DNA of 64,000 nt from Eubacteriales bacterium (lineage in GTDB: Bacteria; Bacillota; Clostridia; Oscillospirales; SIG627): the NCBI GenBank assembly GCA_045653035.1, contig JAZOLO010000009.1, positions 3,277-67,276 of the forward strand, written 5' to 3'. Shown piece by piece: positions 26,856 to 36,898 of the stretch (the stretch's first letter is position 1; each line of letters opens with the position of its first letter). The position numbers were made by a program, and so were the translations under genes. The notes under the pieces were generated by a model. That model worked only from the letters and a program-made list of their open reading frames with translations. It ran no database searches and was not told the DNA's origin.

Positions 26856-27728
26856 TCAGAAAAGTTGTGCTACAAGGATTCCTGCAAATACAAGTCCTGA
26901 ACCTATAATTTCAGGAGTTGACATTGCCTGATGAAGAATAACCCAGCCTGCAAGTGCCGCAAAAACCGATTCAAGACTCATAATAAGAGTTGCAAGAGAG
27001 GGAAATGTGTATTTCTGACCTATAATCTGGAAGGTGTAAGCAACACCAGACGACATTATACCTGTATAAAGAATGGGTATAGCCGCAAGCTTAATGTTTG
27101 CAATTGTAGGCTCTTCAAAAAGGAACATACAAACAAGACAGATTGTACCGCAAACAAAAAACTGTATACAGGAAAGCTTTACACAGTCAACGAGAGGGGA
27201 GAATTTGTCCACAACAAGAATGTGAAAGGTAAAAGCAATAGAGCATAGGAAAAGATATATGTCTGCTTTTTCAAGATAAAAGCCATCTTTTACACAGAGG
27301 AGATACATTCCTATAATTGCAAGAAGTACCGCAATCCATATAGTAGCTCTTGGCTTTTTCTTTGTGAAAATTCCTGCAATAGGTACGAAAATTATGTAAA
27401 GAGCAGTAATAAAGCCAGCCTTTCCAGGCTGTGCACCGGCTTCAAGTCCCATTTGCTGAAGAGACGAGGCAATAGCAAGCACGATGCCACAAGAGATGCC
27501 TCCGATAATAAGGGCTTTATCCTTGTGCTTTGCAGAGGACTGGTCTGCTTTCTTAAATTTATTTATTATTAGTATTGCAGGTAGCAGGGTAATAGCACCC
27601 ACGTAATTTCTTACAGTATTAAATGTAAAAGAGCCAACGTTATTGAGCCCCAGTGACTGTGCAACAAAGGCAGTACCCCAAATAAGCGCGGCAACAAGAA
27701 GGAAAATACTTCCCTTAATGTTTTTCAT
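26856..27728 (-). CDS. DMT/EamA-family transporter
   Basis: ALIWGTAFVAQ, KAGFITALY, SGVAYTFQI.GQK, IMSLESVFAA. Confidence 0.9.
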   Translation of the reverse strand: MKNIKGSIFLLVAALIWGTAFVAQSLGLNNVGSFTFNTVRNYVGAITLLPAILIINKFKKADQSSAKHKDKALIIGGISCGIVLAIASSLQQMGLEAGAQPGKAGFITALYIIFVPIAGIFTKKKPRATIWIAVLLAIIGMYLLCVKDGFYLEKADIYLFLCSIAFTFHILVVDKFSPLVDCVKLSCIQFFVCGTICLVCMFLFEEPTIANIKLAAIPILYTGIMSSGVAYTFQIIGQKYTFPSLATLIMSLESVFAALAGWVILHQAMSTPEIIGSGLVFAGILVAQLF

Positions 27729-27894
27729 AAGACCCCCCTTTGAAAATATTGACTTTCCAATTTTATCACAAAAGCTTTTCAAAAGCAATATAAAAATTTA
27801 TGAAAATATTTTTAATAAAAATCCATTGACTTTTATTAAAAATCGTAATATAATTTTACCGCAATTACAGTTAAAAACAATAAGGAGAGAGACA

Positions 27895-28917
27895 ATGAAA
27901 AGAATAGTTACTTTCGGCGAAATAATGCTTCGCCTCGCACCCGAAGGTTATATGAGATTTCTTCAGGCAGATACCTTTGGTGCTACCTTTGGAGGAGGAG
28001 AGGCAAACGTTGCCGTTTCACTTTCTAATTACGGAATGAACGCCGCATTTGTTACAAAGCTTCCTTCTCACGAAATAGGACAGGCGGCAGTAAATTCTCT
28101 CAGACGCTTCGGAGTTGATACCTCAAAGATAACAAGAGGCGGTGACAGAGTAGGTATTTACTTTCTTGAAAAGGGAGCGAGCCAGCGCCCCTCAAAGGTT
28201 ATTTACGACAGAGCGTATTCTTCTATAATGACAGCAAAGCCAGAGGATTTCGATTGGCAGGATATTTTTGAAGGAGCAGATTGGTTCCACTTCACAGGAA
28301 TTACTCCCGCACTTGGCGATAATGTTGCCGACACCTGTCTTGAAGCACTCAAGGAAGCAAAGAAACGCGGTATTACCGTTTCATGCGACCTCAATTACCG
28401 TAAAAAGCTTTGGACAAGAGAAAAAGCAGGAGAGGTTATGGCAAAGCTTATGCCTTTCGTTGACGTTTGTATTGCTAACGAGGAGGATGCAGGTGACGTA
28501 TTCGGAATCCACGCAGCAAATACAAATATCACAGGTGGTAAGATAAGCGAAGAGGGTTACAAGGACGTTGCAAAACAACTTGCTGACCGTTTCGGCTTTA
28601 AAAAGGTTGCAATTACCCTCCGTTCTTCTATTAGTGCCAATGATAACGACTGGGCAGCTATGCTTTATGAAAATGGCGAGTACTTCTTCTCCAAGTCTTA
28701 CAGAATGCACATAGTTGACAGAGTAGGCGGTGGCGACAGCTTCGGTGCAGGTCTCATTTACGCAACCCTTTCCGAAATGACAAGTCAGGAAATAATAGAA
28801 TTCGCAGTAGCCGCAAGCTGTCTTAAGCACAGTATAGAGGGAGACTTCAACATGGTGAGCGTTGCAGAAGTAATGCAACTTGCCGGAGGAGACGGCTCGG
28901 GACGAGTTGTAAGGTAG
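27895..28917 (+). CDS. kdgK: 2-keto-3-deoxygluconate kinase (PfkB family)
   Basis: FGEIMLRL, GGGEANVA, DLNYRKKLW, VDRVGGGDSF; AAGGAG RBS; adjacent to eda. Confidence 0.92.
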   Translation: MKRIVTFGEIMLRLAPEGYMRFLQADTFGATFGGGEANVAVSLSNYGMNAAFVTKLPSHEIGQAAVNSLRRFGVDTSKITRGGDRVGIYFLEKGASQRPSKVIYDRAYSSIMTAKPEDFDWQDIFEGADWFHFTGITPALGDNVADTCLEALKEAKKRGITVSCDLNYRKKLWTREKAGEVMAKLMPFVDVCIANEEDAGDVFGIHAANTNITGGKISEEGYKDVAKQLADRFGFKKVAITLRSSISANDNDWAAMLYENGEYFFSKSYRMHIVDRVGGGDSFGAGLIYATLSEMTSQEIIEFAVAASCLKHSIEGDFNMVSVAEVMQLAGGDGSGRVVR

Positions 28918-28926
28918 GAGGATAAT

Positions 28927-29556
28927 ATGGACGTTATATCAAAGCTTCAGGAGTTTAAGGTAATTCCCGTTGTTACAATAAAGGATATCACAAAGGCAGT
29001 GCCTCTTGCTAAAGCACTTATAGATGGAGGGCTTCCCACTGCGGAGGTTACTTTCAGAACAGCAGGTGCGGCAGACGCTATAAGAGCAATAACAAAGGAA
29101 TTTCCCGACATGTTTGTCGGTGCAGGAACGGTTCTTACCGTTGAGCAAGCGGACGAGGCGATTGACGCAGGTGCTAAATTCCTCGTTGCCCCTGGCTTCA
29201 ACAAAGAGGTAGTTCTTCATTCACTTTCAAGAGGTGTTCCTATGGTGCCCGGTGTGTGCACTCCTACGGAAATAGAAGCAGCCCTCAGCATCGGTCTTAA
29301 GTGTGTTAAGTTTTTCCCTGCTGAAGCAGCAGGCGGAGTTAAGATGATAAAGGCAATATCCGCTCCTTACGGCATGATAAAGATTATGCCCACAGGCGGA
29401 ATATCACCTGAAAATATAGGTACGTATCTCGCTTGTAAGTCTGTTATATGCTGTGGCGGAAGCTGGCTCACACCTTCTGACCTTATTGAAAAAGGCGACT
29501 TTGAGGGTATCACAAAAATAGTTAAAGAAGCAGTAGAGCTTGTTCGCGAAATGTAA
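28927..29556 (+). CDS. eda: KDPG/KHG aldolase
   Basis: AEVTFRT, VGAGTVL, KFFPAEAAGG, PTGGI. Confidence 0.95.
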   Translation: MDVISKLQEFKVIPVVTIKDITKAVPLAKALIDGGLPTAEVTFRTAGAADAIRAITKEFPDMFVGAGTVLTVEQADEAIDAGAKFLVAPGFNKEVVLHSLSRGVPMVPGVCTPTEIEAALSIGLKCVKFFPAEAAGGVKMIKAISAPYGMIKIMPTGGISPENIGTYLACKSVICCGGSWLTPSDLIEKGDFEGITKIVKEAVELVREM

Positions 29557-29557
29557 T

Positions 29558-29590
29558 AAAAAATCCGACTCTGATGAGTCGGATTTTTTT
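29558..29590. terminator. Bidirectional terminator
   Basis: AAAAAATCCGACTC-tgat-GAGTCGGATTTTTT. Confidence 0.85.
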
Positions 29591-29598
29591 ATAATGTG

Positions 29599-30486
29599 TC
29601 AATTTTGCTTTGAGGTAATATTCGTCAGCACTATTGAAAAGATAACGAGAGCAATGCCGAAATACTGTAAAATCGAAAGATTATCACTAAAGAAAACACC
29701 GCCAATAGCAGTTGCTACAACAGGCTCAATCGCGGCGATTACCGCTGCCTTTCCCCCCTCAAGTCTCTCAAGTCCTTTAGTGTAAAAGACGTAAGGTAAA
29801 ACTGCCGTAATAAGACCTGACAGTGCCATTAGAAAGCCTAAAGTGGGTGTTTTTGATACAGTATCCAAAAGCATTCCAAAATCTGTAAAAAACGAAAGCC
29901 CAATTGCCGCAAAAATAAAGGTATATGCGGTAATACTCATTGAAGAATAGCCCCTTTGAAGTGCAAAGCGGGAAAAAATACTGTAAAGGGCATAAGATAC
30001 ACCCGATGCAATTCCGAGTAGTAAAGCGACAAATGAGACTTTTGTATCGCTACCGATAATTCCTGTAACAAACGTACAGCCAACAACGCAGACGATGCAG
30101 GAAAGCACCTTTGAAAGAGTTATCCTTTCTTTGAAAATGAAGAAAGAAAAAATGATTACGAAAACAGGGGAGGTGTATAACAGCACCGCCGCCACAGACA
30201 TAGAGCTTCTTACTATCGTTTCAAAATAACAAACTGTGAATATCATAAGACTGACAAGCCCACTGCCAAGAAAGCACCAAAGGTCACGTAGCTTTATTTT
30301 GAAAAGACGTGTGTCCTTTATGAGTATGTATACTGTCATGATAAGGGACGCGAAAATCAGTCTTATTCCTGCAATGTCAACGGATTTAAGCCCTGTAGAG
30401 CTAAAAAAGTTGACAAACACTCCCATCGTACCCCAAAGAGCACCTGCAATAAGAACAAATATAACTCCTAAATTTTTGCTTTTCAT
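29599..30486 (-). CDS. DMT/EamA-family transporter
   Basis: AGALWGTMG, AAVLLYTSPVF, AAIEPVVAT; ~10 TM segments. Confidence 0.9.
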   Translation of the reverse strand: MKSKNLGVIFVLIAGALWGTMGVFVNFFSSTGLKSVDIAGIRLIFASLIMTVYILIKDTRLFKIKLRDLWCFLGSGLVSLMIFTVCYFETIVRSSMSVAAVLLYTSPVFVIIFSFFIFKERITLSKVLSCIVCVVGCTFVTGIIGSDTKVSFVALLLGIASGVSYALYSIFSRFALQRGYSSMSITAYTFIFAAIGLSFFTDFGMLLDTVSKTPTLGFLMALSGLITAVLPYVFYTKGLERLEGGKAAVIAAIEPVVATAIGGVFFSDNLSILQYFGIALVIFSIVLTNITSKQN

Positions 30487-30674
30487 AATTACCCCATAAA
30501 ACGTAGATAAAATATCAACATCTTTATTTTTGTTAGACGAAGTATAAGATTTTATATCGGAAGTATACCGCGTTTTGTCTTATTAGTCAAGATGCTTTGT
30601 ATCTTTTCCGCTCTTTTGTGAATAATATAAAATGCACGTATAAAGTGCAAACAACATACGAAAGGACGGATTTA

Positions 30675-31922
30675 ATGAATCCATTTGAACAAAAATCAAA
30701 GCCTGTTGACGAAGCCTTTACATCGTGGAAATGCATTTATCCTTGTTCCTATAAGAAGGAGTTTGCAGACCCTTATACCAAAACCCGTATTATTCTCATG
30801 AACGGTACGGAGTTTGAGGCAAACTGGTTTTCTCATCAGTTTTCACGCCACACCGACAACATGGATTTAAGACGCGAGATTGCAGTTACAAGAAGAGTTG
30901 AAAAGCAGCAGCAGATGAAGATTTCGTGTCTCAAGCCTATTGACGAATCACCCCTTGAGCACACTATCGGTTATGAACAGCTAGCCGTTGACCTTACGGC
31001 TATCCTTGCAAAGCGTGAGCCAGACCCGCACGTTAAAGCAGCCCTCGACTTTGCACTGCTTGAGGATTTCGACCATCTTTACAGATATGCCGACCTTCTT
31101 GAAATGGACAGCGGTATAAGAGCAGAAGAGCTTGTTGGCGGATACACCGAAATAATGCCTGGCAGACCTACCATTACCGAGCACAGATATCCTTATGACA
31201 ACGTTAAGCCTGCAACAGATTTCAGAACGGCAGACCCTATAACAAAGCTGAATGTTAATATCATAACAGCCGCAGAACAGCAGACCATGAACTACTATAT
31301 GAATATCGCCCCATTCTATTGCAACGATATCGGCAGACGCCTTTATCAGGAAATAGGACTTATAGAAGAACAGCACGTAAGTCAATACGGAAGCCTTATT
31401 GACCCCAACGGCACGTGGCTTGAAATGGCACTGATGCATGAATACAACGAATGTTACCTCTACTATTCATGCTACTGCGACGAAAAGGACCTCCGGATTA
31501 AACAGATGTGGGAAGAATTTTTTGAAGAGGAGCTTTCACATCTTCATAAAGCCGCAGAGCTTCTCGAAAAATATGAGGGCAGATGTTGGGAAGAGGTTAT
31601 ACCCTGCGGAGAATTTCCCGAGCTTCTTTCCTTTGGTCCCAATATCGAATACGTCAGAGACGTACTTGAAAAAACAGTCAGAAACACCTCTTATTTTGAC
31701 GACTATCCTCACATCAATGATATCCCCGACGACGCAAAATTCTTTTTCTTCCAGAATAAACTCAACTGTGACGTGCCGTCAGTACCTTCCCATGAAGTCA
31801 TCGACAAATATATCTCATGCAAGGGAATGGACTACCGCTACGAAACAAAACCCCATCCCATACCTGAACTTCAGAACAGAACCTGTGACAATACCACCCT
31901 TGGTAGAATTAAGGGTGAATAA
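30675..31922 (+). CDS. Ferritin-like (tandem four-helix, ExxH-containing) conserved protein
   Basis: EDFDHLY, EEQHVSQY and EEELSHLH helical metal-ligand motifs; AAAGGA RBS before ATG 30675. Confidence 0.65.
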   Translation: MNPFEQKSKPVDEAFTSWKCIYPCSYKKEFADPYTKTRIILMNGTEFEANWFSHQFSRHTDNMDLRREIAVTRRVEKQQQMKISCLKPIDESPLEHTIGYEQLAVDLTAILAKREPDPHVKAALDFALLEDFDHLYRYADLLEMDSGIRAEELVGGYTEIMPGRPTITEHRYPYDNVKPATDFRTADPITKLNVNIITAAEQQTMNYYMNIAPFYCNDIGRRLYQEIGLIEEQHVSQYGSLIDPNGTWLEMALMHEYNECYLYYSCYCDEKDLRIKQMWEEFFEEELSHLHKAAELLEKYEGRCWEEVIPCGEFPELLSFGPNIEYVRDVLEKTVRNTSYFDDYPHINDIPDDAKFFFFQNKLNCDVPSVPSHEVIDKYISCKGMDYRYETKPHPIPELQNRTCDNTTLGRIKGE

Positions 31923-31958
31923 AAAAATACCGATTGGAATTATCCAATCGGTATTTTT
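31922..31958. terminator. Bidirectional terminator
   Basis: AAAAAATACCGATTGGA-atta-TCCAATCGGTATTTTTT. Confidence 0.85.
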
Positions 31959-33340
31959 TAACTTCTTGTAATATGTACAACACACTCACAATGCTTTGTT
32001 CCGGGGAAAAGATTTACGGGATAAACTGCACTTGACGTATAACCCTTATGGAAAAGATATCCCATATCCCTTGCAAGAGTGGCAGGGTCACAGGAAATGT
32101 AAAGTATGTCAGAGACACCCTTATCTGAAAGGAAGTCCAGAAGCTCTGTTGTAGTACCCTTTCTCGGCGGGTCAAGAATTACAAGAGAGGGAGGGTATTT
32201 ATCAAACCAGTCGGATTTCGTTATATCAAGTGAATCTGCCGCCATAAAGCGTGCGTTTGAAATACCGTTTCGGGATGCGTTGAGAGTCGCACATTCCGCC
32301 GCCTTTTCAACTATTTCTATACCGAAAAGTCTGTCAGCGGTAGCCTTGATTTGCCCTTTATTCATCATAGAAAACAGGGTAATTCCGATAGTACCCACAC
32401 CGCAGTAAAGGTCGTATACGTTTTCAAAGTGTTTGGCGTCAAGAAGTGAAAAGGCTTTCTTATAAACCTCCTCCGCACCCACTCTGTTTACCTGAAAAAA
32501 GGAGTCGGGGGATAGCTTGAAGCGACAATCGAGAAGCTCGTCCTCAAAGTAGTCCTCACCGTAAATTATACGAAAATCGTCGGATAAAACGACGTTTGTG
32601 TCCTTATTGTTATAGTTTATATATACGTTTACAATTTCGGGAAAACAGCCTGTAATATACTCGGCAAAGCTCTTTTCAAAATCCCTCGAAACAAGCTGTT
32701 TTGTATTTGTTACAACTGTCACCGAGACCTTGTTTTCTTTATTTACCCTATAATATAAATGCCTTACAATACCGCTTTTTGTTTCTTCGTTGTAGCCTTC
32801 AACGTTATGTAACGTAAGGTATGACATAATACTCTTTGTGAAATGTGAAAATGCTTCGTGGTTTATAACACAGTCGGTGCTTTCTTCGATAATTCTGTGA
32901 GAGTGAGGAGCATAAAAACCGCAACGCACAGCATCTTTTTCCTGTGATACGGGGATTTGCGTTTTGTTACGGTAGTGCTTTGTCACAGGGGTTAAAACGT
33001 TTTCAACGGTAACGTCTATTTTTCCTATCCTTTGCATAACCGCTTCTATGTTTTCTTTTTTTATTCTTTCTTCCTCGGAAAGTGTTACGTGTCTGAAAAC
33101 ACAGCCTCCGCATTTTGGGAAAACCTTACAGTCAGGTGCGACTCTTACAGGAGAAGGGGAGATAATACGGAGAAGCTTCCCGACTGAGTAGTTTCTATTC
33201 TCTTTTATAATAACAATTTCGGCTTCGTCACCAACAGAAGCAGCAGGAATGAAAATGACTTCGCCGTCTACTCTTGCAATTCCCGCCCCGTCAGCCGACA
33301 TAGCTTCTATTTTAACACTCAAAACAGTATTCTTTTTCAT
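31958..33340 (-). CDS. rlmD: 23S rRNA m5U1939 methyltransferase RlmD
   Basis: TRAM domain, C..FPKCGGC Fe-S motif, SFFQVN, DLYCGVG, LDPPRKG, YISCDPATLARD, FPGTKHCE. Confidence 0.93.
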   Translation of the reverse strand: MKKNTVLSVKIEAMSADGAGIARVDGEVIFIPAASVGDEAEIVIIKENRNYSVGKLLRIISPSPVRVAPDCKVFPKCGGCVFRHVTLSEEERIKKENIEAVMQRIGKIDVTVENVLTPVTKHYRNKTQIPVSQEKDAVRCGFYAPHSHRIIEESTDCVINHEAFSHFTKSIMSYLTLHNVEGYNEETKSGIVRHLYYRVNKENKVSVTVVTNTKQLVSRDFEKSFAEYITGCFPEIVNVYINYNNKDTNVVLSDDFRIIYGEDYFEDELLDCRFKLSPDSFFQVNRVGAEEVYKKAFSLLDAKHFENVYDLYCGVGTIGITLFSMMNKGQIKATADRLFGIEIVEKAAECATLNASRNGISNARFMAADSLDITKSDWFDKYPPSLVILDPPRKGTTTELLDFLSDKGVSDILYISCDPATLARDMGYLFHKGYTSSAVYPVNLFPGTKHCECVVHITRS

Positions 33341-33387
33341 AAAATGCACCTCCCATAAATTATACAGTAAAATATTACATTTTGCAA

Positions 33388-33416
33388 GAATAAAAGAGAA
33401 ATATCTGAAAATACTA
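33388..33416 (+). promoter_or_regulatory. SigG-type promoter
   Basis: GAATA-N17-AATACTA upstream of the cotF-like pair. Confidence 0.6.
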
Positions 33417-33449
33417 AAAGTGTAAATTTTATGAAAGGCGGTAAAACCT

Positions 33450-33635
33450 ATGGCAAACCTTACAACAAAAGAACTTGACCTTATAAAAGCTCAGCTTGGA
33501 GAGGAGCAAAACCTTATTGCAAAGTACAAGATGTACTCAGCAACTACCTGTGACCCCGTTCTTAAGGAACAGCTCAGCACAATAGCATCAAAGCATCAGG
33601 CACACTTTGACAGACTTGTAACTTTACTTGCATAA
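33450..33635 (+). CDS. Small spore-coat (CotF-associated, ferritin-like) protein
   Basis: LTTKELDLIKAQLGEEQNLIAKY...DP.LK......A.KHQ.HFD.L pattern. Confidence 0.75.
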   Translation: MANLTTKELDLIKAQLGEEQNLIAKYKMYSATTCDPVLKEQLSTIASKHQAHFDRLVTLLA

Positions 33636-33730
33636 TTTAAGTAAGACAAGGACAACAAATTAAATAACACAAAGTATCTGCCGAGAGGCTGTCGTGGTTC
33701 GACTCTCATCGGCTTATAAGGAGGAATATT

Positions 33731-34012
33731 ATGACAAATTGTCCCGAAATCAACAATTTCACCGATAAGAATATTATGACAGACGCACTTGCAACCCAGA
33801 AGGCTGTCACCGCGTGCTACAACTACTCAGCAAACGAAGCTGCAAATCCGAGTGTCAAGAATACAATGATGGACCTTCTCAACGAGGAGCATACACTTCA
33901 GCATCAGGTATTTGACGAAATGTCAAAGAGAGGCTGGTATCCCACAGAAGCGGCAAGTGACACCAAGATAAACGAAGTAAAATCCACCTATACAGGAGCA
34001 AACGCCCAGTAA
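33731..34012 (+). CDS. CotF-family spore coat protein
   Basis: DK..MTDALATQK...YN..ANE.ANP...EEH.LQ...FDEM.KRGWYP. Confidence 0.85.
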   Translation: MTNCPEINNFTDKNIMTDALATQKAVTACYNYSANEAANPSVKNTMMDLLNEEHTLQHQVFDEMSKRGWYPTEAASDTKINEVKSTYTGANAQ

Positions 34013-34015
34013 AAT

Positions 34016-34049
34016 AATGCGGTTATCAAATTTTTTGATAACCGCATTT
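34016..34049 (+). terminator. Intrinsic terminator
   Basis: AATGCGGTTATCAAA-ttt-TTTGATAACCGCATT. Confidence 0.75.
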
Positions 34050-34141
34050 CCTACATATTGAAAAAAGCTATTGTTTATGTTATAATCCTCTGTGAAAAGC
34101 AAAAGAGTGCGAGATTAAAAATCACCTTTGAGGAAGTAAAA

Positions 34142-34717
34142 ATGTACGAAAAGTTCTTGGATTATAAAGTAAAGCACCTACCCAGTATTGAAACAAAGCG
34201 ACTTTTTTTGAGAAAAATGACAGTAAAGGACAGTTCTGATATGTTTCTTTACGCTTCTAATTCAGATGTTACAAAGTTTCTAACGTGGTCTCCCCACGAA
34301 AGCCTTGAATATACCAAGAAGTATCTCAGGTTTCTCGTTAAAAAATACAAAACAGGCGAATTCCTCGACTGGGGAATAATACTGAAAAGCGAAAATAAGC
34401 TTATAGGAACGTGCGGATTTACTTGTATAGATTTAGCTAACTGTAAGGGGGAAATAGGCTACGTTTTAAGTCCTCAGTATCAAAAGAACGGATATGCCGA
34501 AGAGTGCGTAAAAGAGGTTATCCGTTACGCTTTCTCCAGCCTTGAGCTTAACAGAATAGAAGCACGTGTCATGGAGGGGAATTTTTCTTCACAAAGGCTT
34601 CTTGAAAAATGCGGATTTGCCTTTGAGGGCAAATCATCAGAGGAAATATACGTAAAAAAAGAATTCAAAAACATTCTTCATTATGCGATACTGAAATCAA
34701 ACTGTAAATTTTTATGA
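34142..34717 (+). CDS. RimJ/RimL-family GNAT N-acetyltransferase
   Basis: IETKRLFLR, GEIGYVL, GYA.E, LNRIEA, S.RLLEKCGF..EG. Confidence 0.9.
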   Translation: MYEKFLDYKVKHLPSIETKRLFLRKMTVKDSSDMFLYASNSDVTKFLTWSPHESLEYTKKYLRFLVKKYKTGEFLDWGIILKSENKLIGTCGFTCIDLANCKGEIGYVLSPQYQKNGYAEECVKEVIRYAFSSLELNRIEARVMEGNFSSQRLLEKCGFAFEGKSSEEIYVKKEFKNILHYAILKSNCKFL

Positions 34718-36840
34718 AGCGTCCTCTTTGTTTTTGTGTAGGAGTATATGCTCTTTTTGCTTTTTTTACTCTTAATTTTTCTCAAACTTTTTTAATCACA
34801 ACGTCACTTTTAATTACTATTTCTGCAATAGTTTTTCTTTTGAGTTATTTTCTTACTAAAAAGAGGGCTTTTGCACTTATTTTTCTTTTGCTTCTTTTTG
34901 CACTTACCGCTGTTTGTAAAACATACTTTCTTGATTTGAAAAAGCTTGATAACGCAAGAGATTTTGACGGTGAATACATAGCCTGTGAAGGTAGGGTAGA
35001 AAGCTTTTCAAAATCAGCGGATTTTACGGTGCTTACCGTCCTTTGCAGCACGGTCAACAGAGAAGCATCAGATATAAGTGTTTCTCTTATAATTCGCGGA
35101 GCACCCGAGCTTGACGTGGGAAGCACAATAAAGTTTGGAGGAGAAGCAGAGTTCAGCGAAGACAGCTACAATAAAGGAGATGCGAGCTTCCTCACTGTGT
35201 TCGCAACTTTCTTTGAAGTGGAAGAGCCTAAGGGCTTTTTTGATTATTGCATTTTCAAAACAAGAGGGACAATACGAAGTACTGTTACAGATGCACAAAG
35301 CTCCGCACTTCTTAAGGCTCTTATTATTGCAGATAAAACCGAGCTTTCGCCCGAAACAAAAGCGGATTTTCAAAAGCTTGGTATTTCCCATATACTTGCT
35401 ATATCGGGTTTACATTTGTCTATTCTTGTTATGTCAGTATATCTCATCCTGCAAAAATATAATGCCGGAAAATATCTTTCGGTTGCCGTGTCCGTAGCTT
35501 TAACCCTGTTTTATATGTCACTTACAGGATTTTCATATTCAATTATGAGAGCAGGTGGCATGTTGATACTGTATTTTATCTCGCGTCTTATAAGACGGCA
35601 GTCTGACAGTATAACTTCCTTGTTCCTAGCGGGATTTATAATAATTTTAGGAGACTCATGGTCTATATATAGTCTCTCGCTTCAGCTCTCGTTCCTTTCT
35701 ACTTTAGGTATTCTTATATTTCTTCCTCCTGTAACCCGTGCTTACGACAGGTATTTTCATAACACTCTCGTAAAGCCCACAAAACTAAAGTTTATGAAGA
35801 AGAAATTCTTTGAATACCTCTTGGTATCGCTTTTTTCCACCCTTAGTGCAACTCTCGTCACACTTCCAGTAATTCTCCTTAATTTCAATGAAGTGTCTCT
35901 AATATCGCCAATATCGAATCTATTTATTGTTTTTATTGCAAAGTATTTTCTTATATTCGGGTGCGTTGGAACTACCCTGTCACTCTTTCATATCCCCTCT
36001 GCTTTGGCGTTTTTTATTCCCGATGTGATAGCGAAATTTATGCTGTGGTGCGTTAGTCTACTCGTTAAAATTTCACCTCCTCTTGTAGGTATGGATATGG
36101 GCTTTGTTAAAATAGGCAGTGCCGTCATTGTTGTAATGGTTTTACTATCGTTTCCATTTTGCCGAAAGGTGTTAACGCTACCCGTAACAGTTTTATCTGT
36201 GGCGGTTTTCTTTGCTGCTTTTAACATTTTGGTTTCTCACTTTACTTTTGACCATTTACGTGCCAGTACCGTTTGGAAAACAGGGTGTAACACAGTTCTC
36301 GTTTCATCAAAAGGTCAGGTGTGCCTTACTGATATCACATTAACGGATTCGGGACGAGTATCTGATATACTTACTCTTTTATCAAAGAGAAAGCTTACAA
36401 AGGTAGATGAGGCGGTGTTTGTTATAAGAGACAAAGTCCCCGAAAAACGTATAAGTCTTATTTTGAGCCTTGCCGATATTGAAAATGTAACGCTTATGTT
36501 ACCGTCGGGCTTTGAAGATGATTTTATTTCCGTATACTCAATCTGCAAAGAAAGAGGAATAGGATTTACTCCAATTTTTGCATCCCTATACTCACCCTTT
36601 GATACGGTAGAAATATTAAACTTTGAGGATTCATCTCTTTTGAAGCTTGAAAAGAACTCTGATTGTATGACGTTTGTAAGAGTGTATAACGAGGACTCTT
36701 ACGTTCCGTATTTTGAAAAATGCAGCGTTATGTTTTCAGATACGGAATACGTCCCCTTTACCGGTGAGGAGCTGTACGTTAAAAGCTCACTTCCCGTATC
36801 TTTCTGGCGAATGACAGATGATAGAATTATAAGGGAATAA
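34714..36840 (+). CDS. comEC: ComEC/Rec2-family competence protein
   Basis: FQKLGISHILAISGLHLSIL, SIMRAGGM, SLQLSFLST; multi-pass membrane protein. Confidence 0.88.
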   Translation: MKRPLCFCVGVYALFAFFTLNFSQTFLITTSLLITISAIVFLLSYFLTKKRAFALIFLLLLFALTAVCKTYFLDLKKLDNARDFDGEYIACEGRVESFSKSADFTVLTVLCSTVNREASDISVSLIIRGAPELDVGSTIKFGGEAEFSEDSYNKGDASFLTVFATFFEVEEPKGFFDYCIFKTRGTIRSTVTDAQSSALLKALIIADKTELSPETKADFQKLGISHILAISGLHLSILVMSVYLILQKYNAGKYLSVAVSVALTLFYMSLTGFSYSIMRAGGMLILYFISRLIRRQSDSITSLFLAGFIIILGDSWSIYSLSLQLSFLSTLGILIFLPPVTRAYDRYFHNTLVKPTKLKFMKKKFFEYLLVSLFSTLSATLVTLPVILLNFNEVSLISPISNLFIVFIAKYFLIFGCVGTTLSLFHIPSALAFFIPDVIAKFMLWCVSLLVKISPPLVGMDMGFVKIGSAVIVVMVLLSFPFCRKVLTLPVTVLSVAVFFAAFNILVSHFTFDHLRASTVWKTGCNTVLVSSKGQVCLTDITLTDSGRVSDILTLLSKRKLTKVDEAVFVIRDKVPEKRISLILSLADIENVTLMLPSGFEDDFISVYSICKERGIGFTPIFASLYSPFDTVEILNFEDSSLLKLEKNSDCMTFVRVYNEDSYVPYFEKCSVMFSDTEYVPFTGEELYVKSSLPVSFWRMTDDRIIRE

Positions 36841-36898
36841 ATAAAAAACACCCCTTCGGACAAACTAGTAAAAAAACTGTTTGTACGGAGGGATTTTT

